From positions 1,152,001 through 1,216,000 of the forward strand of contig OZ241869.1 in the NCBI GenBank assembly GCA_965202805.1: a stretch of 64,000 nt of DNA, given 5' to 3'. The notes under the pieces were generated by a model, which ran no database searches, was not told the origin of the DNA, and worked only from the letters and a program-made list of their open reading frames with translations. How positions within the stretch are numbered: the stretch's first letter is position 1; every line of letters starts with the position of its first letter. Below, piece by piece: positions 50,891-63,895 of this stretch. This DNA is from Longimicrobiales bacterium (GTDB taxonomy: Bacteria > Gemmatimonadota > Gemmatimonadetes > Longimicrobiales > Gaopeijiaceae). A program made the translations under genes and the position numbers.

Positions 50891-52294
50891 TCAGCCGCGC
50901 ACCCGCGCCGGCAGTTCGTACGGCTGCCAGCGTCCCGGGGTCACGGGCACGTAGATCATCGGAATCGGATCCTCGCTCGCCGCGGCGGACTCCGCGAAGA
51001 GCGGGACGCCCAGCCACTCGCCGACCCGGGTGATGGTGCTGCAGTTCGGGTTGATCTGTTCGCCCACCTTCTCGTACGGGTAGCCCCCGTGCTCGATCTC
51101 GCTGTCGTTGTTGAACCACTCGGCATCGGCCGCGTATACGCCCCCCAGCGCATCGACGGCAATCACTTCCGCGCCTTCGGGCGTGGCCATCACGGTGCCG
51201 TTCTCACCCGTCGCCAGGCACAGAGTCCGCTCCATGCTGAGCTCGATCGGGATCTCGGTGGTGCGCTCGATGACGACCGTATCCGGCGGCGGAGCCGGAA
51301 GCTGAACGGGCTCCGGACGCGGCATCAGCTCGGGCCTGCACAGCAGACCGCTGCCGCCGGGGCAGAGCGCCAGCGAAGCCATCACCCCGAAGCGGGAGCT
51401 GCGGTATATGGTGGAGTTCTCGACGTGCTGGATCCCGAGCACATAGGCGCCGGCCCGAATCCCGCCGACATCCAGCTGCAGCCCGGTGTTGACGTCCCAT
51501 CCGTCGTATTCGCCCATGAGGTTCAGGAGCACCCCCTGGGAGAGCTGGACGTGCAGCGCGGTGGCCGCGAGCCAACCTTGCGAATAGCGCCTCCCGTACC
51601 AGCCGAGATCGCTTCCGCTCCCGCCGAACATCCCCGTTCCGTACCCCAGCCCGAAGGTCAGGTCGTGCTCCGGAAGGGCGTCGCTGTCCAGGCCGGCGAG
51701 CTGGAAGGTCGCCATCGCGTAGGGAGAGAACGAGGTCGACATGTCGTCGACCAGACCTCCCTCGTATGCGTCGTAGAACCGGATGTCGGGGAATCCGAGG
51801 CGGGGGGGAATGTGATCGCGGCCATCTCCGAAGGAAGGTCCGCTGACGAAGCGCGTGCCCACCGCCAGCCCGAACCCCGACGACTCGGGTTTCACCAGCG
51901 CGATCCGGCCGAACGCGCCGATCATGTTCCCACCGTTCTCGGCATCGGCGAAATTCTGGAAGGAGGCGCCGACTTCGACGCGGTCGAAGAGGCCGACCGC
52001 AACCGACGCGTCCTGCAGCCATTGGCTCCACTCGCCCGACAGACGACCCTTTTCGATCCCTCTCCGGGATATGAACACGCGCTCGTCGACGCTGATCCCG
52101 AACCCCGAATAGGTGCCCGTGATCGCGAGATGCGGGAGCGTGGAGGCGGCCGGAACGTTGAAGAATCCGGAACCGTACCGCAGCGTGCTGCCCATCTTCG
52201 TGCTCTGAGCGTCGAGCGGCTGAACCTGAGCAGCCCCGGTCAGCGCCACGAGGAACAGGGCCATCCACCGCCCCCGGTTGTCACGTCCTCTCAT
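50891..52294 (-). CDS. Exported, probable outer-membrane beta-barrel protein (YjbH-like) with C-terminal domain
   Basis: AAGGAG SD; signal peptide; SGFFNVPAA, VGLFDRVEVG, GEYDGWDVNTG alternating strands; Pro-rich linker. Confidence 0.6.
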   Translation of the reverse strand: MRGRDNRGRWMALFLVALTGAAQVQPLDAQSTKMGSTLRYGSGFFNVPAASTLPHLAITGTYSGFGISVDERVFISRRGIEKGRLSGEWSQWLQDASVAVGLFDRVEVGASFQNFADAENGGNMIGAFGRIALVKPESSGFGLAVGTRFVSGPSFGDGRDHIPPRLGFPDIRFYDAYEGGLVDDMSTSFSPYAMATFQLAGLDSDALPEHDLTFGLGYGTGMFGGSGSDLGWYGRRYSQGWLAATALHVQLSQGVLLNLMGEYDGWDVNTGLQLDVGGIRAGAYVLGIQHVENSTIYRSSRFGVMASLALCPGGSGLLCRPELMPRPEPVQLPAPPPDTVVIERTTEIPIELSMERTLCLATGENGTVMATPEGAEVIAVDALGGVYAADAEWFNNDSEIEHGGYPYEKVGEQINPNCSTITRVGEWLGVPLFAESAAASEDPIPMIYVPVTPGRWQPYELPARVRG

Positions 52295-52427
52295 CCTGTC
52301 ACTCCTTGGATTTGTCCATGCGTCCCGGACCCGTGCCAGACCCCATCCGATCACGTACCGGGCGCAAGCATCGAAGTACTGAAAAGTAGCCTCCGCCAGT
52401 TCCGAAGGCCAGCGAACCCGACGCGGT

Positions 52428-52673
52428 TCACGCGTCGCGATTGTCGGTTTCCACGTCCTCCAGTCCGCGCATCCGCCGACCGATCGAGAACATCCAGCCC
52501 AGGAGCAGCAGCCAGGCCAGCGAATAGGCGATGAAGACGTACCAGTACGGCCGCAGCGACTGCTGGGCGAGCACCTCGGTGCCCACCTGCGCGTTCACGG
52601 GAGCAGAGAACGCCAGAAGCGCCGCCAGCGCGGCCAGAAGGACGACTCCCGGTCGGGAACGAAGAACACGCAT
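52428..52673 (-). CDS. ccmD: CcmD-like small membrane protein
   Basis: YVFIAYSLAWLLL..W...IGRR helix directly after ccmC. Confidence 0.7.
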   Translation of the reverse strand: MRVLRSRPGVVLLAALAALLAFSAPVNAQVGTEVLAQQSLRPYWYVFIAYSLAWLLLLGWMFSIGRRMRGLEDVETDNRDA

Positions 52674-52683
52674 GGCCGGCTCC

Positions 52684-53388
52684 TTAGGCTGCCCGAGGCT
52701 GTTCCCGCATTTCCAGGGCGTGCTGGTAGCGCAGGTGCTCGAGGCCGTATCTGAAGATGAAGATGGAGAAGAAGATGAGGGTAAAGGCGAGCAGCCCGAC
52801 CATCAGGGTGATCAGCATGTCCGAATCCAGCGTGGGTCCTTCATCGACATTGAGCACCACCGGCTGGGGATGGAGCGACGGGAACCAGAGCACGCTGACG
52901 TGGACGAGCGGAATCAGCAGCGCTCCCAGGACTCCGATTACCGCCGCCATGCGCTTTCCCGCCTGCCGATCCTCGGCCGAAGCGCGCACGAGGAAGTAGC
53001 CGACGAAGACGAACCACATGAGCAGCGTCAGGGTCAGGCGCGGCTCCCAGGTCCAGGGCGTCCCCCAGGCGTACGCCGCCCAGAGCGGCCCCGAGGTGAG
53101 CATGATCGCTCCGAAGACCAGCCCTCCCTCGGCCGCCGACTGCGCTGCCCAGTCCAGCCTCTCGTCGCGCAGCCAGAGATAGGCGGCGCCGCACAGTGCC
53201 GTGATGCCGAAGGCGAGGAAGGTCACCCAGGCGGAGGGGACGTGCACGTAGAAGATCCGCTGCACGATTCCCATGGTGCGCTCCGTGCCCACCCAGAAGA
53301 AGACCAGCCAGTGGAGTACAAGCACGCCAGCGACCCCCGGGACCCCCATTGCCATCGCCATCCATCGGATGCGCGTCAGTGACATCAT
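52684..53388 (-). CDS. ccmC: Heme exporter protein C
   Basis: QRIFYVHVPSAW, WGTPWTWEPRLT, SLHP. Confidence 0.93.
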   Translation of the reverse strand: MMSLTRIRWMAMAMGVPGVAGVLVLHWLVFFWVGTERTMGIVQRIFYVHVPSAWVTFLAFGITALCGAAYLWLRDERLDWAAQSAAEGGLVFGAIMLTSGPLWAAYAWGTPWTWEPRLTLTLLMWFVFVGYFLVRASAEDRQAGKRMAAVIGVLGALLIPLVHVSVLWFPSLHPQPVVLNVDEGPTLDSDMLITLMVGLLAFTLIFFSIFIFRYGLEHLRYQHALEMREQPRAA

Positions 53389-54065
53389 TCCTCCACCACG
53401 TATCGGAACAGGATCGTGCCCGCCGCGAGCGCCAGCACCGCAAAGGCCGCCAGCAGGTAGAGGCTGCCCTCGACCTCCTGTGCGGGACGCGAGGCGAAGA
53501 TGCGTCCCGTGGCCGTGACTCCGAAGATGACCACAGGAACCAGAAGCGGAAAGATCAGGATGGGAAGAAGCGTCTGCCCCATGGTGGTTTGCGCCGATAT
53601 GGCGCTGAAGAGGGTGGTGACGGCCACGAATCCGAGCGTCGCCACACCGAGCACGCCGGCCAGCAGGAGAGGATCGCTTCCGTAATCGAACCCGAAGAAC
53701 AGCCAATAGGCCGCGAGCGCGATCACCTCGATCAACGCGACCAGCACGAAGTTGGAGATCACCTTGGCCAGGTATATGCCATCCAGGGGAATGGGGCTCG
53801 TGAGAAGACCCTGGATCGCGCCCTGCTCCCGCTCCATCTCGAAGGTCCGGCCCATTCCCAGCATGCCTCCGAACAGGATCGTCATCCAGAGCAGGCCGGC
53901 GGCCAGCTGCTGCATGCGCACCAGCCCCTGATCGATCGAGAAGTGAAAGAGGATGGCCACCAGCACGGTCAGCCCGCCCATCGCCGCCAGCCTTTCCCGG
54001 GTGCGCAGCTCCAGCAGGAGATCCTTGCGCACTATGGCGCCGACCTGTCGGAGATAGGTGGTCAC
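53385..54065 (-). CDS. ccmB: Heme exporter protein B
   Basis: KDLLLELR, F..ERE.G.I.GL, LLPILIFPLLVPV. Confidence 0.93.
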   Translation of the reverse strand: MTTYLRQVGAIVRKDLLLELRTRERLAAMGGLTVLVAILFHFSIDQGLVRMQQLAAGLLWMTILFGGMLGMGRTFEMEREQGAIQGLLTSPIPLDGIYLAKVISNFVLVALIEVIALAAYWLFFGFDYGSDPLLLAGVLGVATLGFVAVTTLFSAISAQTTMGQTLLPILIFPLLVPVVIFGVTATGRIFASRPAQEVEGSLYLLAAFAVLALAAGTILFRYVVEE

Positions 54066-54808
54066 GCCCCCTCCTCCACGGCGCGCCGATAGGATCTCTC
54101 CAGACCGCCGGCGTCCAGTTCGGCGCGTCCGGCCTCGAACACGAACCGGCCGCGGACCTGGATCGCCACGCGATCGGCCAGCTCAAGCCCCCTCCCCAGG
54201 TTGTGCGTGACCATGACGACCGTGCGGCCCCCGTCCTTCAGCGCCGAGAGCAGCTCCTGGAGCATGGCGCCGGCGTAGGCGTCGAGTCCGGTATACGGCT
54301 CGTCGAGGAGGACGATCTCCGGGTCGTGGAGCAGCGCGCGCGCTACCGCCAGCCGCTGCACCGTACCCCGCGACAGCGTGTCCACACGGCTGTCGGCGTG
54401 GCGCTCGAGGCCGACGTCGCCCAGGCGCTCGGGCACCCGGGAATCGAGGTCTTCGAGGCCGTGCAGACGGCCATGGAACACGAGGTTCTCGCGTGCCGTC
54501 AGGCGACCGTACAGGAAGCTCAGGTGAGACAGGATGCCCATCCGGCCGCGCGCCGCCCGGTCCCCGATCGTGAGGGGGACGCCGGACACCCGCACCTCCC
54601 CGGCCGTGGGGCGAAGTCCTCCCGCGAGCAGCCGCAGGAGGGAGGTCTTCCCGGCGCCGTTGGGACCGAACACCGAGAGGAACTCGCCGGCGCCGAGGCG
54701 GAAGGAAACGTGATCCACGGCCCGCACCGGCCCGTAGTCCCGAACCAGCGACGCCGCCTCCAGCACCGGAGCGTGGGTGCGTGGGGCGGCGGAGGGAGAA
54801 CCGGGCAT
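54062..54808 (-). CDS. ccmA: Heme ABC exporter ATPase
   Basis: GPNGAGKT, LSRG, LLDEPYTGLD. Confidence 0.9.
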   Translation of the reverse strand: MPGSPSAAPRTHAPVLEAASLVRDYGPVRAVDHVSFRLGAGEFLSVFGPNGAGKTSLLRLLAGGLRPTAGEVRVSGVPLTIGDRAARGRMGILSHLSFLYGRLTARENLVFHGRLHGLEDLDSRVPERLGDVGLERHADSRVDTLSRGTVQRLAVARALLHDPEIVLLDEPYTGLDAYAGAMLQELLSALKDGGRTVVMVTHNLGRGLELADRVAIQVRGRFVFEAGRAELDAGGLERSYRRAVEEGA

Positions 54809-54815
54809 CAGGTCA

Positions 54816-55292
54816 TCAGCCCCGCTCGGCCGCGGCCCCCTCCCCGCGCTCCGACTTCAGGCGGCTGCCGCAGGTCGCGCAGAAGACGGCCTCCGCGACG
54901 TTGGCGGCGCCACAGCTGTCGCACAGCGTCCCGGCTCTCAGGGCCGCCCGATAGGCGGCGATTTCCTGCTCGAGGTCATTCGCCACGGCGTCCGTCGCCG
55001 GCGCGGAACTCTCCGCCCGTTCCCGGCTCCGACGCACCTCCCGCAACGCATCCAGCGCCTCGCGCCCCAACTCGTCGCGCAATCGGCGGTAGTCGCGTTC
55101 GTCCACCTTGCCGGTCGCGTAGTCGTACTCGACGTCGCGCAGCGCCACAAGGCTCAGGTGCCTGCGCGCCTCCGCCTCGGTGAACTCCTCGTCCAGGCTC
55201 GCGAGGGACGCCTTCTCCCCGCTGAACACCGGTTGAACGACGTAGAGGACCACCGCCGCCGTGACCAGGACAGCCCCCAGCAGGATCATCAT
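54816..55292 (-). CDS. Membrane-anchored double zinc-ribbon protein (CcmI-N-like)
   Basis: N-terminal TM; LRDVEYDYATGKVDERDY; CDSCG...FCATCG. Confidence 0.75.
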   Translation of the reverse strand: MMILLGAVLVTAAVVLYVVQPVFSGEKASLASLDEEFTEAEARRHLSLVALRDVEYDYATGKVDERDYRRLRDELGREALDALREVRRSRERAESSAPATDAVANDLEQEIAAYRAALRAGTLCDSCGAANVAEAVFCATCGSRLKSERGEGAAAERG

Positions 55293-55347
55293 GCGCTATG
55301 CGGGGGCGAAGCCGGGGACCAGGAGCGAAACGGGACGGCAGCCCGGG

Positions 55348-57383
<2,036 letters not shown>

Positions 57384-57387
<4 letters not shown>

Positions 57388-57800
57388 CCGGCCATCTCGT
57401 CCGGCATCGCCTCGTAGCGGCTGCCGCACTTGGTCAGCACCGTGGTCGCCTCGAAGACCCCGTCGCGGCGGAAGCGTCCTTCGACGACGACTTCGGTTTC
57501 GTCGCTGAAGGTGTCCGGGAGGATGTCACGGTACTCCACGCGGAAGCTGGCGTCCTCGCGGGCCAGGTCCATCACCGAGAAGTAGTGCTCGAACGCGCCC
57601 TGGGCCTTGTAGCTTCCCTTGACCACCCGGCCGCTGACCTTCACGCCGATGTCGTGGAAGGTGTCGTCCTCGGCCACTTTGGCCATGAGTTCGACCGGGG
57701 TCAGGTAGTACACCATCGCCTTGTCGAAACCGGTCCAGATGAGGAAGGTCACGACCATGGCGACGCCGACCAGACCGATATAGAAGCGGCTGTTCTTCAT
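57384..57800 (-). CDS. ccmE: Heme chaperone CcmE (CxxxY variant)
   Basis: VYYLTP, LPDTF, VVVEG, VLTKCGSRYE. Confidence 0.92.
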
Positions 57801-57873
57801 CCGCTGCGCTCCTGTGTCCCGTGTGTCCCGGACCCGGCCCGACTGCCTCGAGCCCGGCCTTGCCAGCGTTCAG

Positions 57874-57901
57874 AATATAGGATGGGCGCGCGGTTTCTCA
57901 A
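57874..57901 (-). promoter_or_regulatory. Putative sigma70 promoter of the ccm operon
   Basis: TTGAGA-16 nt-TATATT. Confidence 0.55.
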
Positions 57902-59415
57902 ACCTGGCGGGGTTGTTCGCCTTCGCGGGCCCAGTTGCGCGCGGCCCCGACCGCCCTGTGCCACCCGGCGATGAGCGCCTCGCGGTGTTCCGGGCGCATG
58001 TCGGGCGAGTAGATCCCGGGTTCGCCGGAGGAGGCCGCGAACACCTCTCCGTCCGGCCAGAGGCCAGCCGCGATCCCCGCCAGCCCGGCCGCCCCCAGCG
58101 CGGTGGTCTCCACCCGCGGCGCGCGGCGCACGGGCACGTCCAGCACGTCCGCCTGGAACTGCATCAGCCACCGGTTGCGCGCCGCCCCGCCGTCGGCGCG
58201 CAGCTCCCGGGTGGCCAGCCCGGCGTCCTCCTCCATGGCCCGGATGACGTCGACCGTCCCGTACGCCATCGACTCGAGCGCGGCGCGGGCCAGGTGGGAC
58301 GCGGTCGTCCCGCGCGTGATGCCCACGACGGTGCCGCGCGCCTCGGGGATCCAGTGGGGGGCCCCCAGCCCCACGAACGCGGGCACGAAGTAGACCCCGG
58401 CGTTGTCCGCCACCTCGCGGGCGCGCTCCTCCGACTCGGCGGCGTGGTCGAGGATGCCCAGGCCGTCGCGCAGCCACTGAACGGCCGCGCCCGCCGAGAA
58501 GATCGATCCCTCGAGGGCGTACGCCGGGCCGCCGCGGGCGTCGCAGGCCAGCGTGGTCAGAAGCCCGTTCTCGGAGGGCACCACCTCCCGGCCCGTATGC
58601 AGCAGCAGGAACGCCCCGGTGCCGTAGGTCACCTTGGCCAGGCCGGCGCGGGTGCACCCCTGCCCGAAGAGGGCGGCCTGCTGGTCCCCGACCACGCCCG
58701 CGACCGGGACTTCCGTCCCCAGGTGCTCGCCGCGCGCGACCCCGAAGTCGCCGGAGCTGGAGCGCACCTCGGGCAGGATGCCCGACGGCACTTCGAACAG
58801 GTCGGCGAGCGACGGGTCCCAGGCCCGGCGGTGCAGGTCGTAGAGGAGGGTGCGCGAGGCGTTTGTGTGGTCGGTGGCGTGTACCGCGCCGCCGGTCAGG
58901 CGAGCCACCAGCCAGGCGTCGATGGTGCCCGCGGCCAGGTCGCCGGCCTCCGCCGCCGAGCGAAGCTCCGGGCGCTCGCGAAAGAGCCAGGTCAGCTTGG
59001 TTCCCGAGAAATACGGGTCCAGGACCAGCCCCGTGCGCCGGCGCACCTCGGATTCGTGGCCGCCGCGGCGCAACTCGGTGCAGATCGACGCCGTGCGGCG
59101 GTCCTGCCAGACGATCGCCCGGCACACCGGCTCGAGCGAGGCGCGGTCCCACAGCACCACGGTCTCGCGCTGGTTCGCGATGCCGATGGCTTCGAGGCGC
59201 GCCTCCCCCCCGGCGTCGTCCAGCGCAGCGCGTGCGACCCGCCGGGTGACCCGCCAGATCTCCTCCGCGTCGTGCTCGACCCGGCCCGGCCGGGGAAAGT
59301 GCTGGGTGAACTCCGAGTAGCCGCGTCCCAGGATCCGTCCGTCGCTCGCCACCACCAGGGCGGTCGAGCCGGTCGTGCCCTGGTCGAGGGCGAGCACCGC
59401 GGGCTGTCTGCTCAC
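57898..59415 (-). CDS. glpK: Glycerol kinase
   Basis: LDQGTTGS, NQRET, IVWQDRRT, NASRT, GDQQAALFG, YALEGS, DGGA. Confidence 0.96.
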   Translation of the reverse strand: MSRQPAVLALDQGTTGSTALVVASDGRILGRGYSEFTQHFPRPGRVEHDAEEIWRVTRRVARAALDDAGGEARLEAIGIANQRETVVLWDRASLEPVCRAIVWQDRRTASICTELRRGGHESEVRRRTGLVLDPYFSGTKLTWLFRERPELRSAAEAGDLAAGTIDAWLVARLTGGAVHATDHTNASRTLLYDLHRRAWDPSLADLFEVPSGILPEVRSSSGDFGVARGEHLGTEVPVAGVVGDQQAALFGQGCTRAGLAKVTYGTGAFLLLHTGREVVPSENGLLTTLACDARGGPAYALEGSIFSAGAAVQWLRDGLGILDHAAESEERAREVADNAGVYFVPAFVGLGAPHWIPEARGTVVGITRGTTASHLARAALESMAYGTVDVIRAMEEDAGLATRELRADGGAARNRWLMQFQADVLDVPVRRAPRVETTALGAAGLAGIAAGLWPDGEVFAASSGEPGIYSPDMRPEHREALIAGWHRAVGAARNWAREGEQPRQV

Positions 59416-60071
59416 AGCCGCGCTCCGGTTCCCGGCTTCACCGCATCCCTGGACACCGCTGCTCCATCGCCGAAGCCATAGGGGATGCCGGCGGCGCCCA
59501 GCAGGCCCACGAGCAGCGGCACGGGCAGCCCCACCACCGTGAAGTAATCGCCCTCCAGCGACTCGACCAGCACCGCGCCGGCGCCCTGTATGGCATAGGC
59601 TCCCGCCTTGTCCATCGGCTCCCCGGTGGCCACGTAGGCCCGGGCCTCCTCCTCGGCGAAGGATCGCAGCCACACCGTGGTTCGCGAGACGCCGGCGTGC
59701 ACGCACCCGTCGGGCTCCACCAGCGCCAGCGCACTGACCACTTCGTGAGCCCGGCCCGACAGGCTGAGCAGCATCGCGACCGCGTGATCGACATCCCCCG
59801 GCTTGCCCAGGATGGTCCCGTCCCGCACCACGACCGTGTCGCCGCCCAGAACCAGCCTCCCCGGCCGGCGCCCGGCCACCGCGCGCGCCTTCCCTTCCGC
59901 CAGGCGCCGGGTGTGCGCGACCGGGTCCTCTCCGGGCAGCACCTCCTCCGGGATGTCCGCCGGGTCGACGTCGAACGGGATCGCGAGCATCGAGAGCAGA
60001 TCCGCCCGCCGGGGCGACCGGGATGCGAGCACGAGACGGAGATCCCGCCCATGCACCGGCCGCCCGGTCAC
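59412..60071 (-). CDS. maf: Maf family nucleoside triphosphate pyrophosphatase
   Basis: [37 protein letters not shown]. Confidence 0.94.
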   Translation of the reverse strand: MTGRPVHGRDLRLVLASRSPRRADLLSMLAIPFDVDPADIPEEVLPGEDPVAHTRRLAEGKARAVAGRRPGRLVLGGDTVVVRDGTILGKPGDVDHAVAMLLSLSGRAHEVVSALALVEPDGCVHAGVSRTTVWLRSFAEEEARAYVATGEPMDKAGAYAIQGAGAVLVESLEGDYFTVVGLPVPLLVGLLGAAGIPYGFGDGAAVSRDAVKPGTGARL

Positions 60072-60508
60072 CGTTCGAGCACCAGCGTCACGGGACCGTC
60101 GTTGACGAGTTCGACATCCATCATGGCGCCGAACACGCCGGTCTCGACCCGCCCCGGGGCCCTCTCGCGCAGGAGCGCCACGAAGTCCTCGTAGAGAGGC
60201 ACCGCCACATCGGGCCCCGCCGCCCGGATGAAGCTCGGCCGGCGTCCCTTGCGGGTATCCCCGTACAGCGTGAACTGGCTCACGACCAGCACGTCGCCGG
60301 AGACATCCTGGAGCGACAGGTTCATCCTGCCGTCCGGATCGTTGAAGACGCGCAGCCCCAGCACCTTGTTCGCCATCCACTCGAGCGCGTCCGCGCCGTC
60401 CCCGCGGGTGAATCCGGCCAGCAGCAGGAGCCCGGGACCGATGCGCCCCACCACCGCGCCGTCGACCGTCACCGAGGCGCGCGCCACCCGCTGGAGCACG
60501 ATTCTCAC
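60068..60508 (-). CDS. dtd: D-aminoacyl-tRNA deacylase
   Basis: VLQRV, LRVF, SQFTL, GRRPSF, FGAMM, NDGPVT. Confidence 0.97.
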   Translation of the reverse strand: MRIVLQRVARASVTVDGAVVGRIGPGLLLLAGFTRGDGADALEWMANKVLGLRVFNDPDGRMNLSLQDVSGDVLVVSQFTLYGDTRKGRRPSFIRAAGPDVAVPLYEDFVALLRERAPGRVETGVFGAMMDVELVNDGPVTLVLER

Positions 60509-60572
60509 CTCGCGCCCCCCTCGCCGCCCAACCCGGAGGGCGCAACCCCCATCCATCCCCGCGCCAGGGCCA

Positions 60573-62411
60573 TCACTCCACCGTCACCGACTTGGCCAGG
60601 TTGCGGGGCTGGTCCACGTCGCAGCCCCGCAGGACGGCGATGTGGTAGGCGAGCAGCTGAAGGGGCACCGTGGTGAGCACGGGGCGCAGGAAGGGCAGCG
60701 TGTCCGGGACGCGGATGACGTGATCCACCTTGTCCTCGAGCTCTGCGTTTCCTTCGCTGACGACGGCGATCACGCGCGCGTTCCTCGCCTTCACCTCCTC
60801 GATGTTGGACACGACCTTCGGGTAGACGGGATCGCTCGGGGCCAGGATCACGACCGGCATGGCCTCGTCGATCAGCGCGATCGGGCCGTGCTTCATCTCC
60901 GCCGCGGGATAGCCTTCGGCATGGATGTAGCTCACCTCCTTGAGCTTGAGCGCGCCCTCCAGAGCCACCGGAAACTGGTAGCCGCGGCCCAGATAGAGGA
61001 AGTTGGGCGCATCCTTGCAGGTGCGCGCCAGTTCCAGAATGGAATCGTTCAGCTTCAGGACTTCCTCCACCTGTCCGGGGAGGGCCTGCATGGCCTGGAC
61101 GATGCGACGCCCTCCCTGCAGCGAAATCTGCCGGTGCCGGCCCATCCACAGGGCGAACAGGGCGAGCACCATGAGCTGGCTGGTGAAGGCCTTGGTGGAA
61201 GCAACCCCGACCTCGGGCCCGGCGTGAAGATGGCAGCCGTAGGGGGTTTCGCGCGCGATCGAGGAGCCCACCACGTTGACGATGCCCATGGTGCGCGCTC
61301 CCCTGCGTTGCGCTTCCCGCAACGCGGCCAGCGTGTCCGCGGTCTCTCCGGACTGGCTGATCGCGACCACCAGGGTGCGCTCGTCGAGCACCGGGTTCTT
61401 GTAGCGGAACTCCGAGGCGTACTCCACTTCGACCGGGATGCGCGCGAGATCCTCGAGCATGTATTCGCCGATCAGCGCGGCGTGCCAACTGGTTCCGCAT
61501 GCCGTCATGACCACGCGATCCATGGAGAGCAGCCGTTCCCGGTGCTGCTCGATCCCGCCCAGGCGAGCCATCCCGTCGGCCTCCAGCAACCGTCCCCGAA
61601 GCACGTCGCGCAGACTGCGCGGCTGCTCGAAGATCTCCTTCAGCATGAAGTGCTCGAAGCCGCCGCGCTCGATCGCGGTCAGGTCCCAGGTCACCTGGTG
61701 CACGGAGCGGCGCACCGTCCCCCGCCCCATGTGGGAGACGCGGTAGCCGGTGCGTTCGAGCTTCGCGCAGTCGCCGTCCGCGAGGTAGACGACGTCGCGC
61801 GTCTGAGCCACGACGGCGGCGGCGTCGGAGCCCACCAGGTACCGCCCCGAACCCCCCAGCCCGAGCAGGAGCGGGCTCCCGTGGCGCGCCGCGACCAGCG
61901 TGTCCGGCTCGTGCGCGGAGATCGCCGCGATGCCGTAGGTGCCCTCGACGCGTTCCAGCGCAAGCGCGAGGGCCTCCTCCAGCGGGGACCCTTCCTTGAG
62001 GAAGTGATCGACCAGGTGCACGACCACTTCGGTGTCGGTATCGCTCCGGAAACGGTATCCGCGCGCCTCGAGCTGTCGCCTGAGGAGGGTTGCGTTCTCG
62101 ATGATCCCGTTGTGCACGAGGGCCACGCCGCCATCCCGACTGACATGGGGATGGGCGTTGCGCTCGGTCGGGGCGCCGTGGGTGGCCCAGCGCGTATGGG
62201 CGATGCCGCAACTACCCACCGGCGAGTCGCGGCCGATGGCCGCTTCCACCCGCCCCAGCTTTCCCGCCCGCTTCACCACGCTCAGCCGGCCGTCGCCGTT
62301 GACAACCGCGAGACCGGCCGAGTCGTATCCGCGGTACTCCAGACGGCGGAGCCCCTCCAGCAGGACGGGGGTCGCGTCACCCGGACCCACGTATCCGACT
62401 ATTCCGCACAT
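60573..62411 (-). CDS. glmS: Glutamine--fructose-6-phosphate transaminase
   Basis: [46 protein letters not shown]. Confidence 0.98.
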   Translation of the reverse strand: MCGIVGYVGPGDATPVLLEGLRRLEYRGYDSAGLAVVNGDGRLSVVKRAGKLGRVEAAIGRDSPVGSCGIAHTRWATHGAPTERNAHPHVSRDGGVALVHNGIIENATLLRRQLEARGYRFRSDTDTEVVVHLVDHFLKEGSPLEEALALALERVEGTYGIAAISAHEPDTLVAARHGSPLLLGLGGSGRYLVGSDAAAVVAQTRDVVYLADGDCAKLERTGYRVSHMGRGTVRRSVHQVTWDLTAIERGGFEHFMLKEIFEQPRSLRDVLRGRLLEADGMARLGGIEQHRERLLSMDRVVMTACGTSWHAALIGEYMLEDLARIPVEVEYASEFRYKNPVLDERTLVVAISQSGETADTLAALREAQRRGARTMGIVNVVGSSIARETPYGCHLHAGPEVGVASTKAFTSQLMVLALFALWMGRHRQISLQGGRRIVQAMQALPGQVEEVLKLNDSILELARTCKDAPNFLYLGRGYQFPVALEGALKLKEVSYIHAEGYPAAEMKHGPIALIDEAMPVVILAPSDPVYPKVVSNIEEVKARNARVIAVVSEGNAELEDKVDHVIRVPDTLPFLRPVLTTVPLQLLAYHIAVLRGCDVDQPRNLAKSVTVE

Positions 62412-62503
62412 GTCGTCTTCGTTGATGGTGTCATTCGGGCGCCCCGAACCACCGTCCTGCAGCCAGGGCGGAGGCGCCACCCGGAAGCTACCGCGTACGC
62501 CTC

Positions 62504-63895
62504 CTACGGGGAACGCGCCAGCCCGTCCAGCCCGGCGCGCGCCTCCTCCACGAGCTGCCCCGCCCGCGGCCCGGCCGGCGCTTCCGCGATCAGCCGCACC
62601 ACCGGCTCCGTGCCGGAGGGCCGCACGTGCAGCCACTCGCGGCGGTCGGGCCAGGTCAGCCGCAGCCCATCGGTGCGGTCCCGGTCCGCGCCGCGCCAGC
62701 GCTGCTGCAGGCGCGCGTAGGCGGCTTCGAGCCGTTCCCTGGGAAAGGCGACCTTTTCCTTCACGATCCGGTAGTCCGGATAGCGGCGAACGGCGGCGGC
62801 CAGCGAAATCCCTTCGTCGAGCAGATGCTGGAGCACGAGCGCGGCGCCCACGAGCGCGTCCCGGGTGTGGTGCAGCGCCGGCACGATCACTCCGCCGTTC
62901 CCTTCCCCACCCACCACGGCTCCCTCCGCCTGCATGCGGCGCACCACGTTGATCTCGCCCACCGGCGCGCGCACGGTCTTCGCCCCGGTGGCGGCCGAGG
63001 CGTCCTCGACCACCTGGCTGGTGGAAAGGTTGGTCACCACCAGCCCGGGCCGCCGCCTGGTCACCGCAGCGGCTGCCAGGGCCAGGGTGAAGTCCTCGCC
63101 GACGGGATCACCGGCCTCGTCCACCAGCGACAGGCGGTCCACGTCGGGGTCCACCGCCATTCCCAGGTCGGCCCCGCTTTCCCGCACCAGCGCGCCCAGT
63201 GCCCCCAGGTTCGCTGCCGTCGGCTCGGGATCGCGCGGAAAGCGCCCGTCCATCTCCAATCCGATGGCGTGCACGCGGCATCCCAGACGCTCCAGCAGCT
63301 CGGGCATGACCGCGCCCCCGGCCCCATGCACGCAGTCGAGCGCGACGGGGAAGCTGCGCGCGCGCAATGCGGCAACGTCCACGAAAGGAAGGTCCAGCAC
63401 CGCCTGCAGATGCCGCCGGGCCGCACCCTCGTCCCAGGTGACCTCCCCGACCCGATCCCACGATGCGCGCGGAATCTCCTCCTCCAGCAGCCGGCGGAAG
63501 CGGGCCATCCCGGGTGCGTCCAGGAACATGCCCTCTGCGGTGGCGAACTTGAGGGCGTTCCATTCGGCCGGGTTGTGGCTCGCGGTGACCGCGATTCCGC
63601 CTGCCGCATCGGCGTCCCGAACCGCCATCATGAGGGTCGGGGTGGGCACGATGCCGATGTCGGCCACGTCGCACCCCACCGAGGCCAGTCCGGCGGCGGC
63701 GGCCGCGGCGAGCATGCGCCCGGAAGTCCGCGAGTCCCGTCCCAGGATCACGGATCGCCCTCCGCCCTCGCCGCGCAGGAACGCACCGTACGCCGCCGCG
63801 AGCGCGGTGACCAGCTCGGGCGTGAGCGGATCTCCCACCCGGCCGCGAAAGCCCGAAACGCTGACCATGAGCCCACGCGGAAGAATGATCGGCAT
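62504..63895 (-). CDS. glmM: Phosphoglucosamine mutase / phosphohexomutase
   Basis: TASHNP, DPDVDR, GGEGNGG, RPSGTEP; adjacent to glmS. Confidence 0.85.
   Translation of the reverse strand: MPIILPRGLMVSVSGFRGRVGDPLTPELVTALAAAYGAFLRGEGGGRSVILGRDSRTSGRMLAAAAAAGLASVGCDVADIGIVPTPTLMMAVRDADAAGGIAVTASHNPAEWNALKFATAEGMFLDAPGMARFRRLLEEEIPRASWDRVGEVTWDEGAARRHLQAVLDLPFVDVAALRARSFPVALDCVHGAGGAVMPELLERLGCRVHAIGLEMDGRFPRDPEPTAANLGALGALVRESGADLGMAVDPDVDRLSLVDEAGDPVGEDFTLALAAAAVTRRRPGLVVTNLSTSQVVEDASAATGAKTVRAPVGEINVVRRMQAEGAVVGGEGNGGVIVPALHHTRDALVGAALVLQHLLDEGISLAAAVRRYPDYRIVKEKVAFPRERLEAAYARLQQRWRGADRDRTDGLRLTWPDRREWLHVRPSGTEPVVRLIAEAPAGPRAGQLVEEARAGLDGLARSP

Noticed and set aside
62412..62503. Possible glmS ribozyme upstream of glmS
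   Set aside because: Only 92 bp. The AGCGCC...GACGAGG core is not seen; there is just a small hairpin (TTCGGG-GCG-CCCGAA).
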